This document shows, one piece after another, positions 19,796 through 28,860 of a stretch of 64,000 nt of DNA. This DNA comes from Deltaproteobacteria bacterium (GTDB taxonomy: Bacteria > Desulfobacterota > Syntrophia > Syntrophales > Smithellaceae), in contig JAIGNE010000061.1 in the NCBI GenBank assembly GCA_036528635.1, positions 3,778-67,777 on the forward strand. Reading direction: 5' to 3'. Below the pieces are notes generated by a model. The model was not told the DNA's origin, made no database searches, and was given only the letters and a program-made list of their open reading frames with translations. The first letter of the stretch is position 1. Each line of letters opens with the position of its first letter. Both the position numbers and the translations under genes were made by a program.

Positions 19796-20299
19796 ATGAG
19801 TTTTATGAATGCCGAACAAACAAACCTGGTCCGCAAAATTGCCGCAACGCTGACGGATGCCCGCCAAACACTGGCCGTTGCGGAATCCAGCAGCGGCGGC
19901 CTGGTGTCCGCATGCTTATTATCCATACCGGGCGCTTCATCATTCTATGTCGGCGGAGCGGTGCTCTACAGTTACAAAATACGGGAGCAAATCGTGGCAA
20001 TGGGCCGGAAAGAACATCGGCGTTATGGAGGGTCAACGCCGGAATTGATTTTGGATATGGCGCTGAAACTTAAAGAGAAAACAGGAACCGACTGGGTGAT
20101 TGGCGAAGGAGGCGCGGCAGGACCTTCCCCAAGTCCCTATGGCCACAATGCCGGCTATACGGCATTAGCTGTTGCCGGCCCGATTTGCCGCACAGGAATA
20201 ATCGAAACGGGAAAATCCGACAGAATCGAAAACATGTCGGCATTTGCGACAGCCTTGTTAAGCTTTTTTGCCGGCATTCTCGAAGAAGGCAAAACATAA
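19796..20299 (+). CDS. pncC: CinA C-terminal domain / nicotinamide-mononucleotide amidohydrolase-like
   Basis: LAVAESSSGGLVSACLLSIPGASSFYVGGAVLYS, GAAGP; AGGAGG upstream. Confidence 0.75.
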   Translation: MSFMNAEQTNLVRKIAATLTDARQTLAVAESSSGGLVSACLLSIPGASSFYVGGAVLYSYKIREQIVAMGRKEHRRYGGSTPELILDMALKLKEKTGTDWVIGEGGAAGPSPSPYGHNAGYTALAVAGPICRTGIIETGKSDRIENMSAFATALLSFFAGILEEGKT

Positions 20300-20332
20300 C
20301 GGGGTGCGTCCCTCACGATCCCTGCCGGATGA

Positions 20333-21160
20333 TTAATGTTTTTTCCTGATGAACGTGCCTTCGTCCAGCTCCCGGAAAGCCGTTTCCAGCTCGCCCTGGG
20401 TATTCATGACAATCGGGCCGCCCCAGGCGATCGGTTCCTTAAGCTGTCTGCCGGCTACAAATATGTAATGGATAGCTTCGGTTGCCTGCACGGCAATGTT
20501 CCCGGCTTCCGGAAACAGAACCAGCTGCGCTTTTTCCAGCTGCTCTCCGTCAAAAACACCTCTTCCCTCAATCAGATAACAAAAGCTGGTGTACCCTTTT
20601 TGCGCCGTGTGGGAGAAAGACGTCCCCTTCTTTAACCGGACGTCCAGGTACTCCACATCGACCACCAGTTCCTGCACGGGCCCGGTTACATTTTTGAAAG
20701 TACCGGCGATGACCCGCACTTCCCCCTCCGGTATCCGGACAACCGGCACGTCCTGGTCGAGAATGCCCCGGTAGCGGGGGTCTATCATTTTATTTTTTGC
20801 CGGCAGATTGACCCACAACTGCAATCCATGCATCATGCCCGGGGAAAGCTGCGGCATTTCCTGATGAATGACGCCGCCGCCCGCGGTCATCCATTGGATG
20901 TCCCCCGGCCCGATGGTGCCTGCGTTGCCGATATTGTCGCCGTGTTCAACCGTTCCGCCGAGCATGTAGGTCACCGTCTCAATCCCGCGATGGGGATGCC
21001 AGGGGAAACCCTTGATATAATCCTCGGGATGGTCTGAACCGAAATGATCCAAAAGCAGAAACGGATCGGTCAGTTTTGTGTGGTCATGCGCGAAAATACG
21101 CTTCAGCTTAACACCGGCTCCGTCATACGTTGACTGTCCCTGCAGAATTATTTTTTTCAT
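20333..21160 (-). CDS. Pirin family protein
   Basis: DPFLLLDHF, GFPWHPHRGIETVTY, QWMTAGGGVIHQEMP, QLWVNLP, GPIVMNT. Confidence 0.93.
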   Translation of the reverse strand: MKKIILQGQSTYDGAGVKLKRIFAHDHTKLTDPFLLLDHFGSDHPEDYIKGFPWHPHRGIETVTYMLGGTVEHGDNIGNAGTIGPGDIQWMTAGGGVIHQEMPQLSPGMMHGLQLWVNLPAKNKMIDPRYRGILDQDVPVVRIPEGEVRVIAGTFKNVTGPVQELVVDVEYLDVRLKKGTSFSHTAQKGYTSFCYLIEGRGVFDGEQLEKAQLVLFPEAGNIAVQATEAIHYIFVAGRQLKEPIAWGGPIVMNTQGELETAFRELDEGTFIRKKH

Positions 21161-21353
21161 ACGATCCTCCTGTGAACTTCTGCGTCATATCGGGATGGTC
21201 CGCGCCGCCGGGCGCCCTGATTCATATCCAATGCTTTCGTAAAACGGAAGGGATTGAGGGAGAATATATTCCGTGCATGCCGGCCCGGGCGATCCGCGGG
21301 AGCAAGGCGTCTCTTTGAATCCGGTGCCTGTTTCAAGGTCGGGTCACCTGGAC

Positions 21354-21974
21354 TCAGGCATGTTTCAGGACAATCCCCTCCATGACATTGGATACATTTT
21401 CACAGCCGTCGATTGCCGCCTCCAGCCGCTCAAAGATCTCCTTCCATTTAATGAGTTCGACCGGATCCATTTCCCGGATAAAGAGATCGGTGATGATGGT
21501 TCTTAAAACGACGTCGCCCGCATTTTCCAGGGTGTGGATTTCGACACAGCCGTCCAGAATCATCCGGCTGTTCTTCATATTGCGCAGGCCGGGAACGACA
21601 CTCCTGATTTTTTGAATCGCCTGAAAAAGAATTTCCGCCTGCTTGATGATGCCGTCATGCGGCTTTTTCATCTGATACATGTGGATGCGAACAGCCGTGC
21701 CTTCAATGGCGTCCATGATGTTGTCCATTTTATTGACGAACTTATAGATATCTTCGCGGTCGATGGGCGTGAGAAAGGTCTTGTGCATTCTTTTGTACGT
21801 TTTATGCGCAATGCCGTCCGCTTCGTGCTCAATCTCCTTGAGCCGGGAAACCCTGGCCGCGGAATAATTGCGGCTTTGGGTCATGTCCAGAAAGAACTGA
21901 CCGCCTTCTTCCAGCTTGGCGGCCAGTTCTTCAAAGTAATCAAAAAAATTTTCTTCCCTGGGGAAAAGGCGCAT
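21354..21974 (-). CDS. DUF47 / PhoU-like phosphate transport regulator
   Basis: LKEIEHEAD, KTFLTPIDREDI, LIKWKEIFERLEAAID, VMEGIVLKHA. Confidence 0.88.
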   Translation of the reverse strand: MRLFPREENFFDYFEELAAKLEEGGQFFLDMTQSRNYSAARVSRLKEIEHEADGIAHKTYKRMHKTFLTPIDREDIYKFVNKMDNIMDAIEGTAVRIHMYQMKKPHDGIIKQAEILFQAIQKIRSVVPGLRNMKNSRMILDGCVEIHTLENAGDVVLRTIITDLFIREMDPVELIKWKEIFERLEAAIDGCENVSNVMEGIVLKHA

Positions 21975-22184
21975 CTTCAATACCTCCGTTTTTCAAATGT
22001 AAACCCCGCCCCGGAGTGAACCCGCATCAGCCGAGAGTCCCGTTCAGGTGAAGGATAATGAATCTGCCTCTCAGTCCATCCGGCAACAGAATGTACAAAA
22101 GGACTCTGAGAATTCGGGCAGGATCCAAATGAAAGGTCAGGATTGCCTCCCTTGCTGTGGATAAGGCATCCTTTTTACGGGGCG

Positions 22185-22213
22185 AGTATATGGAGAGAAG
22201 ACCGGGGTGTCAA
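22185..22213 (-). promoter_or_regulatory. Sigma70 promoter of the DUF47 gene (~200-nt leader)
   Basis: Minus strand TTGACA-17 nt-TATACT. Confidence 0.7.
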
Positions 22214-22327
22214 GGGGGGAATAGCGATCAAAGCAACCTTCCCCTGGAGGAGCGGGCACGGGCCGAAAACGGATTCTTCAGGACTGCCCTCATGCTTGCC
22301 GCACCGCATTCCATGCACCCTTTGCCG

Positions 22328-22597
22328 TCACCCACCGAAGCGGAGAAGAGCGCGCTCATGAGATCGGATGGCAAACGCTTCACGATTCCTGGGCGGCGCG
22401 CCTGTCACGAGTGAGTCGAACAGTTTAGCCGTTGCCCTCGCGACGTCATCCACGGCCCGACGATAGACCTTTTCGTTTACGGCGGAAGGCTTCGCAAATC
22501 CGCTGACCTTCCGGACATATTGCAGGGCCGCGGCGTGGATTTCATCATCCGTCGCCGGCGGCTCGAAGTTATACAGCACCTTGATGTTTCTGCACAT
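22328..22597 (-). CDS. DUF2277 family protein
   Basis: MCRNIKVLYNFEPPATDDEIHAAALQYVRKVSG signature; GGAGG upstream. Confidence 0.85.
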   Translation of the reverse strand: MCRNIKVLYNFEPPATDDEIHAAALQYVRKVSGFAKPSAVNEKVYRRAVDDVARATAKLFDSLVTGAPPRNREAFAIRSHERALLRFGG

Positions 22598-22655
22598 ACG
22601 TTTTCCTCCGGTAATCGCTTCCCGTAAGCGGCAGACCGGGCATTCCCGCAAGCGG

Positions 22656-23093
22656 TCAGATCTTGCTGGAACAGTTGAACATCCAGCAAACGCCGTACCG
22701 GTCAACAAGACTGCCGTAATAATCGCCCCAGAACATCTCCTGCAGAGGCATTTCTATTTTGCCGCCGCGGGAGAGCGCCTGAAAAAGACGATCGGTATCG
22801 GCGCGGGTGTCGGGTTCAAGGGTAATATAAATGTTATTGCCGGGCTTTACGGTAAAGCTCATGGATTCCGGGGCGTCGGTTCCCATGAGAACATGTCCGG
22901 CCAAAATGGGCAGCTCAACGTGCAGGACGAGGCCCAGGTCGGCCTCGGCCACGGGCGGTTGACCCGGTTGAGGCGGCATGTCTTTAAAGCGGGCAATGGG
23001 TCTGGAATATTCCGTACCGAAGACGGATTTGTAAAACTCAAAAGCCTCTTCGGTTGAACGGCTGAAATTCAAATAGGTGCTTACTCTGGCCAT
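22656..23093 (-). CDS. VOC/PhnB-like glyoxalase family protein
   Basis: STYLNF...EAFEFYKSVFG, LMGTDAP, MPLQEMFWGDYYGSLVDRYGVCWM. Confidence 0.9.
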   Translation of the reverse strand: MARVSTYLNFSRSTEEAFEFYKSVFGTEYSRPIARFKDMPPQPGQPPVAEADLGLVLHVELPILAGHVLMGTDAPESMSFTVKPGNNIYITLEPDTRADTDRLFQALSRGGKIEMPLQEMFWGDYYGSLVDRYGVCWMFNCSSKI

Positions 23094-23164
23094 TGGCGAC
23101 CTCCTTAAATGGAATGGAATTAAAAGTTTTGACTGCCTGCAGCTAAGCTGCGGATTGCCCCGGA

Positions 23165-23491
23165 CTACAGCAGCGAATTATCCCCGTAGAGGCCGGTCAT
23201 GCAAGCCCCTTCCTGCTGCTTGGGCTGATTATAGGCCTCTTTGCCGGCGGCCACGGCCCGTCTCAACCGGTCTTTCTTGTCGGCCAGCATTTCCTTGTTG
23301 CGTGCTTTCAGCGTCTCGAGTTTTCCGGCAGCTTCTTCGTACTGGACCTTGGCCTTTTCCAGAACGTCCTGGGCCGAGCTCAATATTTGTTCTCTGGTTT
23401 CCTTCCCGCTTTTGGGTGCAAAAAGAATCCCCAAGCCGGCGCCGATCAAACCGCCAATCACAAGGCCTTTGATAAGATTATTGGATACCAT
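23165..23491 (-). CDS. YtxH domain-containing protein
   Basis: GLVIGGLIGAGLGILFAPKSGKETR. Confidence 0.88.
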   Translation of the reverse strand: MVSNNLIKGLVIGGLIGAGLGILFAPKSGKETREQILSSAQDVLEKAKVQYEEAAGKLETLKARNKEMLADKKDRLRRAVAAGKEAYNQPKQQEGACMTGLYGDNSLL

Positions 23492-23806
23492 TTTGTTTTC
23501 TCCTTTCATCTGTCTGTTTTTAGTTTTCCTGCTCGGACAAATTATAGGGAGCTGGCCGGGGAAGCAACACGGGTTGAGTGTGAGGTTATCGGTAGGTCAT
23601 ATCTACCGTTCACAAAAAACTGCGGAATCGGCTTTCGGCGCGGGCGGGAACGACCGGAACTTGCAGGCCGCAGTCGACGGTGCAGTCTTCCAATCCGACA
23701 TTTTATTTAACAATGGAAGTATAATGTGTTAGTTGTTTGCGGCGCCGGTTAAAAAAAAATGACCGGCGGCATGATGATCATGCCACGACGATGAAAACGA
23801 CGATCT

Positions 23807-24046
23807 ATGGATAATTTCAGAAGAACCTATACCAACGGCGAAGTAACCATCCTGTGGAATGCTCAAAAGTGCATGCACTCGGGAAACTGTATAAAAAACA
23901 ACCCCGCCGTTTTCAGGCCCAGAGAAAGGCCCTGGGTAAAACCGCTGAATTCATCAACGGACATGATCATTGAAACGGTCAAAAAATGCCCGTCCGGCGC
24001 ATTGACTTATCGCCTGAACAACACGGATGAAAAAGCAGCGGAGTAA
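23807..24046 (+). CDS. Divergent 4Fe-4S mono-cluster protein (Fer4_19/YjdI-like)
   Basis: KCMHSGNC...VFRPRERPWV...KCPSGAL. Confidence 0.85.
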   Translation: MDNFRRTYTNGEVTILWNAQKCMHSGNCIKNNPAVFRPRERPWVKPLNSSTDMIIETVKKCPSGALTYRLNNTDEKAAE

Positions 24047-24208
24047 AGCAGAGAAAAAAACGGGAGCAAACCATCTCCGGAAGACGATCCCGTCAGATGA
24101 TTAAAAGCCTTGTCCCGGATGGCGCCGCACGACCGCCGACAAAAATCCCGGGGCCATACCCCGTCATTCCGCATCGCGGAAAAGCCGTCGGCAGGATTTT
24201 TTGTCTCC

Positions 24209-25129
24209 TCAGGGTTCAACCACAATTTTGATGGCTGTCCGGCTTTTCCCCGCCAGAACTTCAAAACCCTTTTCAGCGATGTCCGCCAGGGGAATGATAT
24301 CCGTGATAATGCTCTCCGGCCTGATCGTCCCCGTTTCCAGCCATTTCATGGCCAGCTCGGGCTTGATGAAGTTGGTGCCGATCATGGTCGTTTCGCGGGT
24401 TACGAAACCCAGCATATGGACTGCGGCCCGTTCGGTGAAAATTCCCTGAACGATCACCGTCCCCTGATAGCGCGCCGAAGCCAGGCAGTCTTTGAGGGAG
24501 GCTTCGATTCCGACGGCTTCGATGGCCACATCAACGCCGCGCCCCTTCGTCAGCTCCTTGATTCTGGCCGGGGTCTTGATTTCCGCCGGATTCCAGACCT
24601 CGGTCGCCCCCAGTTCCAGCGCCATGCTTTGCCGGTTTTCCAGGACATCCGTCATGTAGATGGTTTGGACGCCCATGGCCTTAAGCCCCAGAAGCAGCAT
24701 GAGGCCCACCGTGCCGGCGCCGGCGATGAAGACCGTGTCCGCAGGCTGAACATGGCCGCGGTCAATGGCGTAGGCCGCACCGGACAGGGGTTCCAGAACC
24801 GTCGCCCTTTTCCAGTCCATGTCGTCGGGGATCTTCAGCAGTCTGCCCTCGGGGCAGACAACCGCTTCGGCATAAGCGCCGGGAACGAGTGTGCAAACGC
24901 GATCACCGACCCGGTAGCCGTGAACGCCCGGGCCAACGGCAACGATCGTGCCGCAGGCCTCATGGCCGAACGGGCTCTCCGGAAAGGGGCCATGCAGGTA
25001 TTCATGCAGATCGGACCCGCAGATGCCGCAATACTTTATTTTGACTTTGACTTCACCGGTCCCCGGCTCCTGGTCCAAAACGTCCTCAACCCGGATATCG
25101 CGAATACCGTAATAAATTGTTTTTTTCAT
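24209..25129 (-). CDS. Zinc-binding dehydrogenase (MDR, butanediol-DH-like, lacking the structural-Zn lobe)
   Basis: CGICGSDLHEY, GHE, EPLS, GAGTVG Rossmann motif. Confidence 0.85.
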   Translation of the reverse strand: MKKTIYYGIRDIRVEDVLDQEPGTGEVKVKIKYCGICGSDLHEYLHGPFPESPFGHEACGTIVAVGPGVHGYRVGDRVCTLVPGAYAEAVVCPEGRLLKIPDDMDWKRATVLEPLSGAAYAIDRGHVQPADTVFIAGAGTVGLMLLLGLKAMGVQTIYMTDVLENRQSMALELGATEVWNPAEIKTPARIKELTKGRGVDVAIEAVGIEASLKDCLASARYQGTVIVQGIFTERAAVHMLGFVTRETTMIGTNFIKPELAMKWLETGTIRPESIITDIIPLADIAEKGFEVLAGKSRTAIKIVVEP

Positions 25130-25166
25130 AACTATGCCTTTCCGTTCATATGACGAAGGAGATTTT

Positions 25167-25883
25167 TTACCCGCCCAAGTATGCCTCTTTTACCCCTGGA
25201 TTTCCAGTCAGTTCTTTGCCCGTTCCGGAAAGAACGATGCGGCCGGTTTCCAGAACGTGGCCTTGGTGCGCGATGTGCAGGGACATATTGGCATTTTGTT
25301 CGACGAGCAGTATGGTTTTCCCCGCCCGGTTGATGTCCTGGATGATTTTGAAAATTTCCCTGACCAGCACCGGCGAGAGTCCCATGGAGGGTTCATCGAG
25401 CAGCAGCATGGGTGCGTCGGTCATGAGCGCGCGGCCCACGGCCAGCATCTGCTGTTCACCGCCGGAGAGCATGCCGCCCAGCTGCTTTGTCCGTTCCCGC
25501 AGGCGGGGAAATAATTCGAAGACGTGCTCCAGATCCGCGGCGGTTTTGGCTTTGTCTTTGCGCTGCCAGGTGGCCAGTTTCAGGTTTTCCAGCACGGTCA
25601 GGTTGCCGAAGATGCCGCGGCCTTCCGGCACATGGGCGATGCCTGCGGCAACAATTCCATCTGCGGCAATATTTTTTAAATCCTTTTTTGCATAGGTTAC
25701 CCTGCCGGTATAGGGAACCAGACCGGAGACGGCGCGCAGGATGGATGATTTTCCCGCGCCGTTGGCGCCGATCAGCGTGACAATTTCTCCGCGCGCCACG
25801 TCAAAGGAAATATCGTCCACCGCCCGGATGCTTTCATAGGAGACGCTCAAACCGGAAACGGAAAGAAGGAGATCATCGTTCAT
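25167..25883 (-). CDS. livF: Branched-chain amino acid ABC transporter ATP-binding protein
   Basis: GANGAGKS, VPEGRGIF, LSGGEQQMLA, LDEPSMGLSP. Confidence 0.93.
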   Translation of the reverse strand: MNDDLLLSVSGLSVSYESIRAVDDISFDVARGEIVTLIGANGAGKSSILRAVSGLVPYTGRVTYAKKDLKNIAADGIVAAGIAHVPEGRGIFGNLTVLENLKLATWQRKDKAKTAADLEHVFELFPRLRERTKQLGGMLSGGEQQMLAVGRALMTDAPMLLLDEPSMGLSPVLVREIFKIIQDINRAGKTILLVEQNANMSLHIAHQGHVLETGRIVLSGTGKELTGNPGVKEAYLGG

Positions 25884-26656
25884 CAGGAAGCGACCTCCTC
25901 GCCCAGATAGGCTTCCATGACCTTGGGGTTCGATTGAATTTCGGAAGGCAGCCCTTGCGCGATGGTCGCGCCGAAATCCAGCACCACCAGACGTTCGCAG
26001 ATGCCCATCACCAGGCGCATCTGATGTTCAATCAGGAGGATGGTAACGGAAAACGTCTGACGAATCCAGCGGATGAATTCCATGAGCTGCATAATTTCGT
26101 TGGGGTTCATGCCGGCGGCCGGCTCGTCCAGCAGTAAAAGCGCAGGCCCGGTGGCCAGCGCCCGGGCAATCTCCAGGCGCCGCTGCAAACCGTAGGGCAG
26201 GTTCCTGGCCTTTTCATTGGCGGAATCGTCGAGCTTGAAGATGGCCAGCAAATCCAGCGCCCGATCGGTGATGCGTCTTTCTTCGGCGCGAAAGCGGCCG
26301 ATGTGCAGAAGCGCCTCGGCGGGCGAGTAGGCAATCTGGCCATAGTGAGCGATGCGGACATTGTCCAGCACGGAGAGTTCGCGGAAGAGCCGGATGTTCT
26401 GGAAGGTGCGGGCAATGCCTGAGCGGGTGATCTGATGCGGCGTAAGCCCTACCAGCTCCCGGCCCTGCAGTTTGATGCTGCCCTCGCTGGCCCGGTAAAC
26501 GCCGGTGATCAGGTTGAAGACGGTGGTCTTCCCTGCCCCGTTGGGGCCGATGATGCCGACCAGTTCCTGCGGCTCGACCACGATATTGCAGTCGGAGACC
26601 GCGCAGAGTCCCGCGAAGCGGTGCGTGAGTTTGGCTATTTCAAGAAGCGGCATCAT
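25883..26656 (-). CDS. livG: Branched-chain amino acid ABC transporter ATP-binding protein
   Basis: GPNGAGKTT, RTFQNIRLF, LPYGLQRRLEIARAL, LDEPAAGMN. Confidence 0.93.
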   Translation of the reverse strand: MMPLLEIAKLTHRFAGLCAVSDCNIVVEPQELVGIIGPNGAGKTTVFNLITGVYRASEGSIKLQGRELVGLTPHQITRSGIARTFQNIRLFRELSVLDNVRIAHYGQIAYSPAEALLHIGRFRAEERRITDRALDLLAIFKLDDSANEKARNLPYGLQRRLEIARALATGPALLLLDEPAAGMNPNEIMQLMEFIRWIRQTFSVTILLIEHQMRLVMGICERLVVLDFGATIAQGLPSEIQSNPKVMEAYLGEEVAS

Positions 26657-27683
26657 TCGCCTCCTTCTTCTTTTGCCGCCAGAGCTTTTCCGTCGCAAAA
26701 TCGCGAAGCGGCGTAAACAGCCGGGCTTCCCTCATGCCCATGATGCCGCGCGGACGGTAGATCATGAGCAATACCAGCATGAGCGGCATGAAGACCATCC
26801 GCCAGACGCCCATCGGACGCAGGATTTCCAGCAGGATCGTATAAATGACCGCGCCGATGATGGATCCGGAAATGGAAGCGATGCCGCCCAGGTAAACCAT
26901 GATCAGAATATCGGTGGATTTGAGAATGTCGAACATGCGCGGGTTGATAAACTGCAGCGCATGGGCAAACAGGCCCCCGGCAATACCCGCGAAGAAAGAC
27001 GACACGACAAAGGCGATGATTTTGACCTGGCGCGTGTTGACGCTCATCAGGTCGCTCGCGATTTCATCCTCGCGAATGGACAAAACGCCGCGTCCGAAAT
27101 TGGAATAAACCAGGTTGCGGATCACCCAGACGGACAAAGCCGTCCAGAAAAAGACCCACGGCAGCGTGGTGAGTTTTTCCATGCCCAGAAGCCCGCGCGG
27201 CCCGCCGACGGCGTCGATGTTTTCCAGAACGGATTTGACAATCATGCAGAAGGCCAGCGTGACGATGGCCAGGTAGTCGCCGCGTGTTTTAAACGAGGGG
27301 ATCGCCACCAGGAAACCGATCGCCGCCGCGCCGATGCCGCCGGCCAGGATCGCCAGAGGGAAAAGCCAGTTTTGCGCTCCCGCGGGAAAGGCATAGACGG
27401 TCAACAGCGAGGCGATGTAAGCGCCGACGGCCATGAATCCGGCATGGCCCACGGAGAATTCGCCCATGTAGCCGTTGATCAGGTTCAGGCTGACGGTGAG
27501 GATGATGTTGATGCCCACGTAAATTAATATCAGCTGCAGGTATAAATCCACAAAGTCATAGGTGTCGACGGCAATGCAAAACGCGAGCCCCGTGATGATG
27601 AAGACCGGCCAGAAAAATTTGCGGCCGGTCAGCGTGTGCCAGTGTTTGAGCAACGTATGAAAGGCAGTCTTAAATGCAGTCAT
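26640..27683 (-). CDS. livM: Branched-chain amino acid ABC transporter permease
   Basis: SLNLINGYMGEFSVGHAGF, RGDYLAIVTLAF, IREDEIA. Confidence 0.92.
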   Translation of the reverse strand: MTAFKTAFHTLLKHWHTLTGRKFFWPVFIITGLAFCIAVDTYDFVDLYLQLILIYVGINIILTVSLNLINGYMGEFSVGHAGFMAVGAYIASLLTVYAFPAGAQNWLFPLAILAGGIGAAAIGFLVAIPSFKTRGDYLAIVTLAFCMIVKSVLENIDAVGGPRGLLGMEKLTTLPWVFFWTALSVWVIRNLVYSNFGRGVLSIREDEIASDLMSVNTRQVKIIAFVVSSFFAGIAGGLFAHALQFINPRMFDILKSTDILIMVYLGGIASISGSIIGAVIYTILLEILRPMGVWRMVFMPLMLVLLMIYRPRGIMGMREARLFTPLRDFATEKLWRQKKKEANDAAS

Positions 27684-27685
27684 GG

Positions 27686-28561
27686 CTATACCTTTTGCGG
27701 CTGGGGCTTGCCCAGGATGCCGTAGGGCCGGACAATGAGCAGGATCAGCAGCAGCGTGAAGGCCACAAAGTCGCGGTAGGTGGACGGGAAGAATGCGGCC
27801 ACCATAATTTCCACCGCGCCCAGAATAAAGCCGCCGATCATGGCGCCGCGGATGTTGCCGATGCCGCCCACGACGGCGCAGATAAAGGCTTTCCAGCCGA
27901 CCATGATGCCCATGTAAGGATCGATGACCGGATACGCCAGACCATACATGACGCCGGCCGCGCCGCCCAGGCCCGCGCCGATGGCAAACGTGAGCGAGAT
28001 GATTTTATTCACCGATACGCCCATCAGCGGAACAATGGTTTTGTCCCAGGAGATGGCGCGCATGGCCATGCCCGCCTTGGTCCGCTGCACCACAAAGTCC
28101 AGAATCAGCATGAGGACCAGCGAAAGGACGATGATCAGGATCTGCAGGGAAGAAATGGACAGCGAGCCGATCGTCCAGGTGGTGTTTTCAAGAAGCGGCG
28201 GAATGTGCTTGGGGTAGGGAGAAAGCGCCAGCGTGAAGTTTTCCAGAAAGAGGCCGACGCCCAGGGCGGTGATGATGGCGGAGACGCGCGGGGCATTGCG
28301 CAGGGGCCTGTAGGCCAGGCGCTCGATGAGGACGCCCAGGCAGGCCACCCCCAGCATGGATAGAAGCAGGGTCGGGACGAAAGACAGCTTGAGATAGACC
28401 GCAATCAGAAAACAGAAGAAAGCGCCGACCATGAACAGGTCGCCATGGGCGAAGTTGATCATCGTCAGGATGCCGTAGACCATGGTGTAGCCCAAGGCAA
28501 TCAGCGCATAGATGCTGCCCAGCTGCAGGGCATTCAAAGTCTGTTGAAAAATATAGGCCAT
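27686..28561 (-). CDS. livH: Branched-chain amino acid ABC transporter permease
   Basis: GSIYALIALGYTMVYGILTMINFAHG, KAFICAVVGGIG. Confidence 0.93.
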   Translation of the reverse strand: MAYIFQQTLNALQLGSIYALIALGYTMVYGILTMINFAHGDLFMVGAFFCFLIAVYLKLSFVPTLLLSMLGVACLGVLIERLAYRPLRNAPRVSAIITALGVGLFLENFTLALSPYPKHIPPLLENTTWTIGSLSISSLQILIIVLSLVLMLILDFVVQRTKAGMAMRAISWDKTIVPLMGVSVNKIISLTFAIGAGLGGAAGVMYGLAYPVIDPYMGIMVGWKAFICAVVGGIGNIRGAMIGGFILGAVEIMVAAFFPSTYRDFVAFTLLLILLIVRPYGILGKPQPQKV

Positions 28562-28589
28562 AGGGTGATTGGAAGTTTTTCCTTTGTTC

Positions 28590-28676
28590 TCATTCCGGCC
28601 AACAATCCGGGATTCAATTCAACTATTGATCCCTTAATACCGGTACTCGTAACCTTTAGGGTATTCGCCGGTATGA
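28590..28676. repeat. Degenerate REP-like inverted pair
   Basis: TCATTCCGGC (28590-28599) versus GCCGGTATGA (28667-28676), one mismatch. Confidence 0.4.
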
Positions 28677-28737
28677 CGACTATTGTGATAAATTCGGTTA
28701 TTAGAACGCTGTCTTTGCACCGAAATAAAACTTCGAT

Positions 28738-28860
28738 GCGGCTTGTTCAAACGTTCCAGAGGCAAGGCGCGCGAGTCAGGAGGAATGAGGCGTACTTTAT
28801 GTACGCCGCAGTGACGAGTGACGAAGCGCAACGCAGCATATGGACGTTTCAACAAGTCGC
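28738..28860. mobile_element. ~123-bp MITE-like intergenic repeat
   Basis: Imperfect ~20-bp terminal inverted repeats (GCGGCTTGTTCAAACGTTCCA / TGGACGTTTCAACAAGTCGC) and internal hairpin GGCGTAC-TTTAT-GTACGCC; resembles a repeat I recall from Desulfobacterota genomes. Confidence 0.7.

Noticed and set aside
22156-22164. Perfect DnaA box (TTATCCACA on the minus strand)
   Set aside because: Single copy, with no box cluster, DUE or dnaA context.
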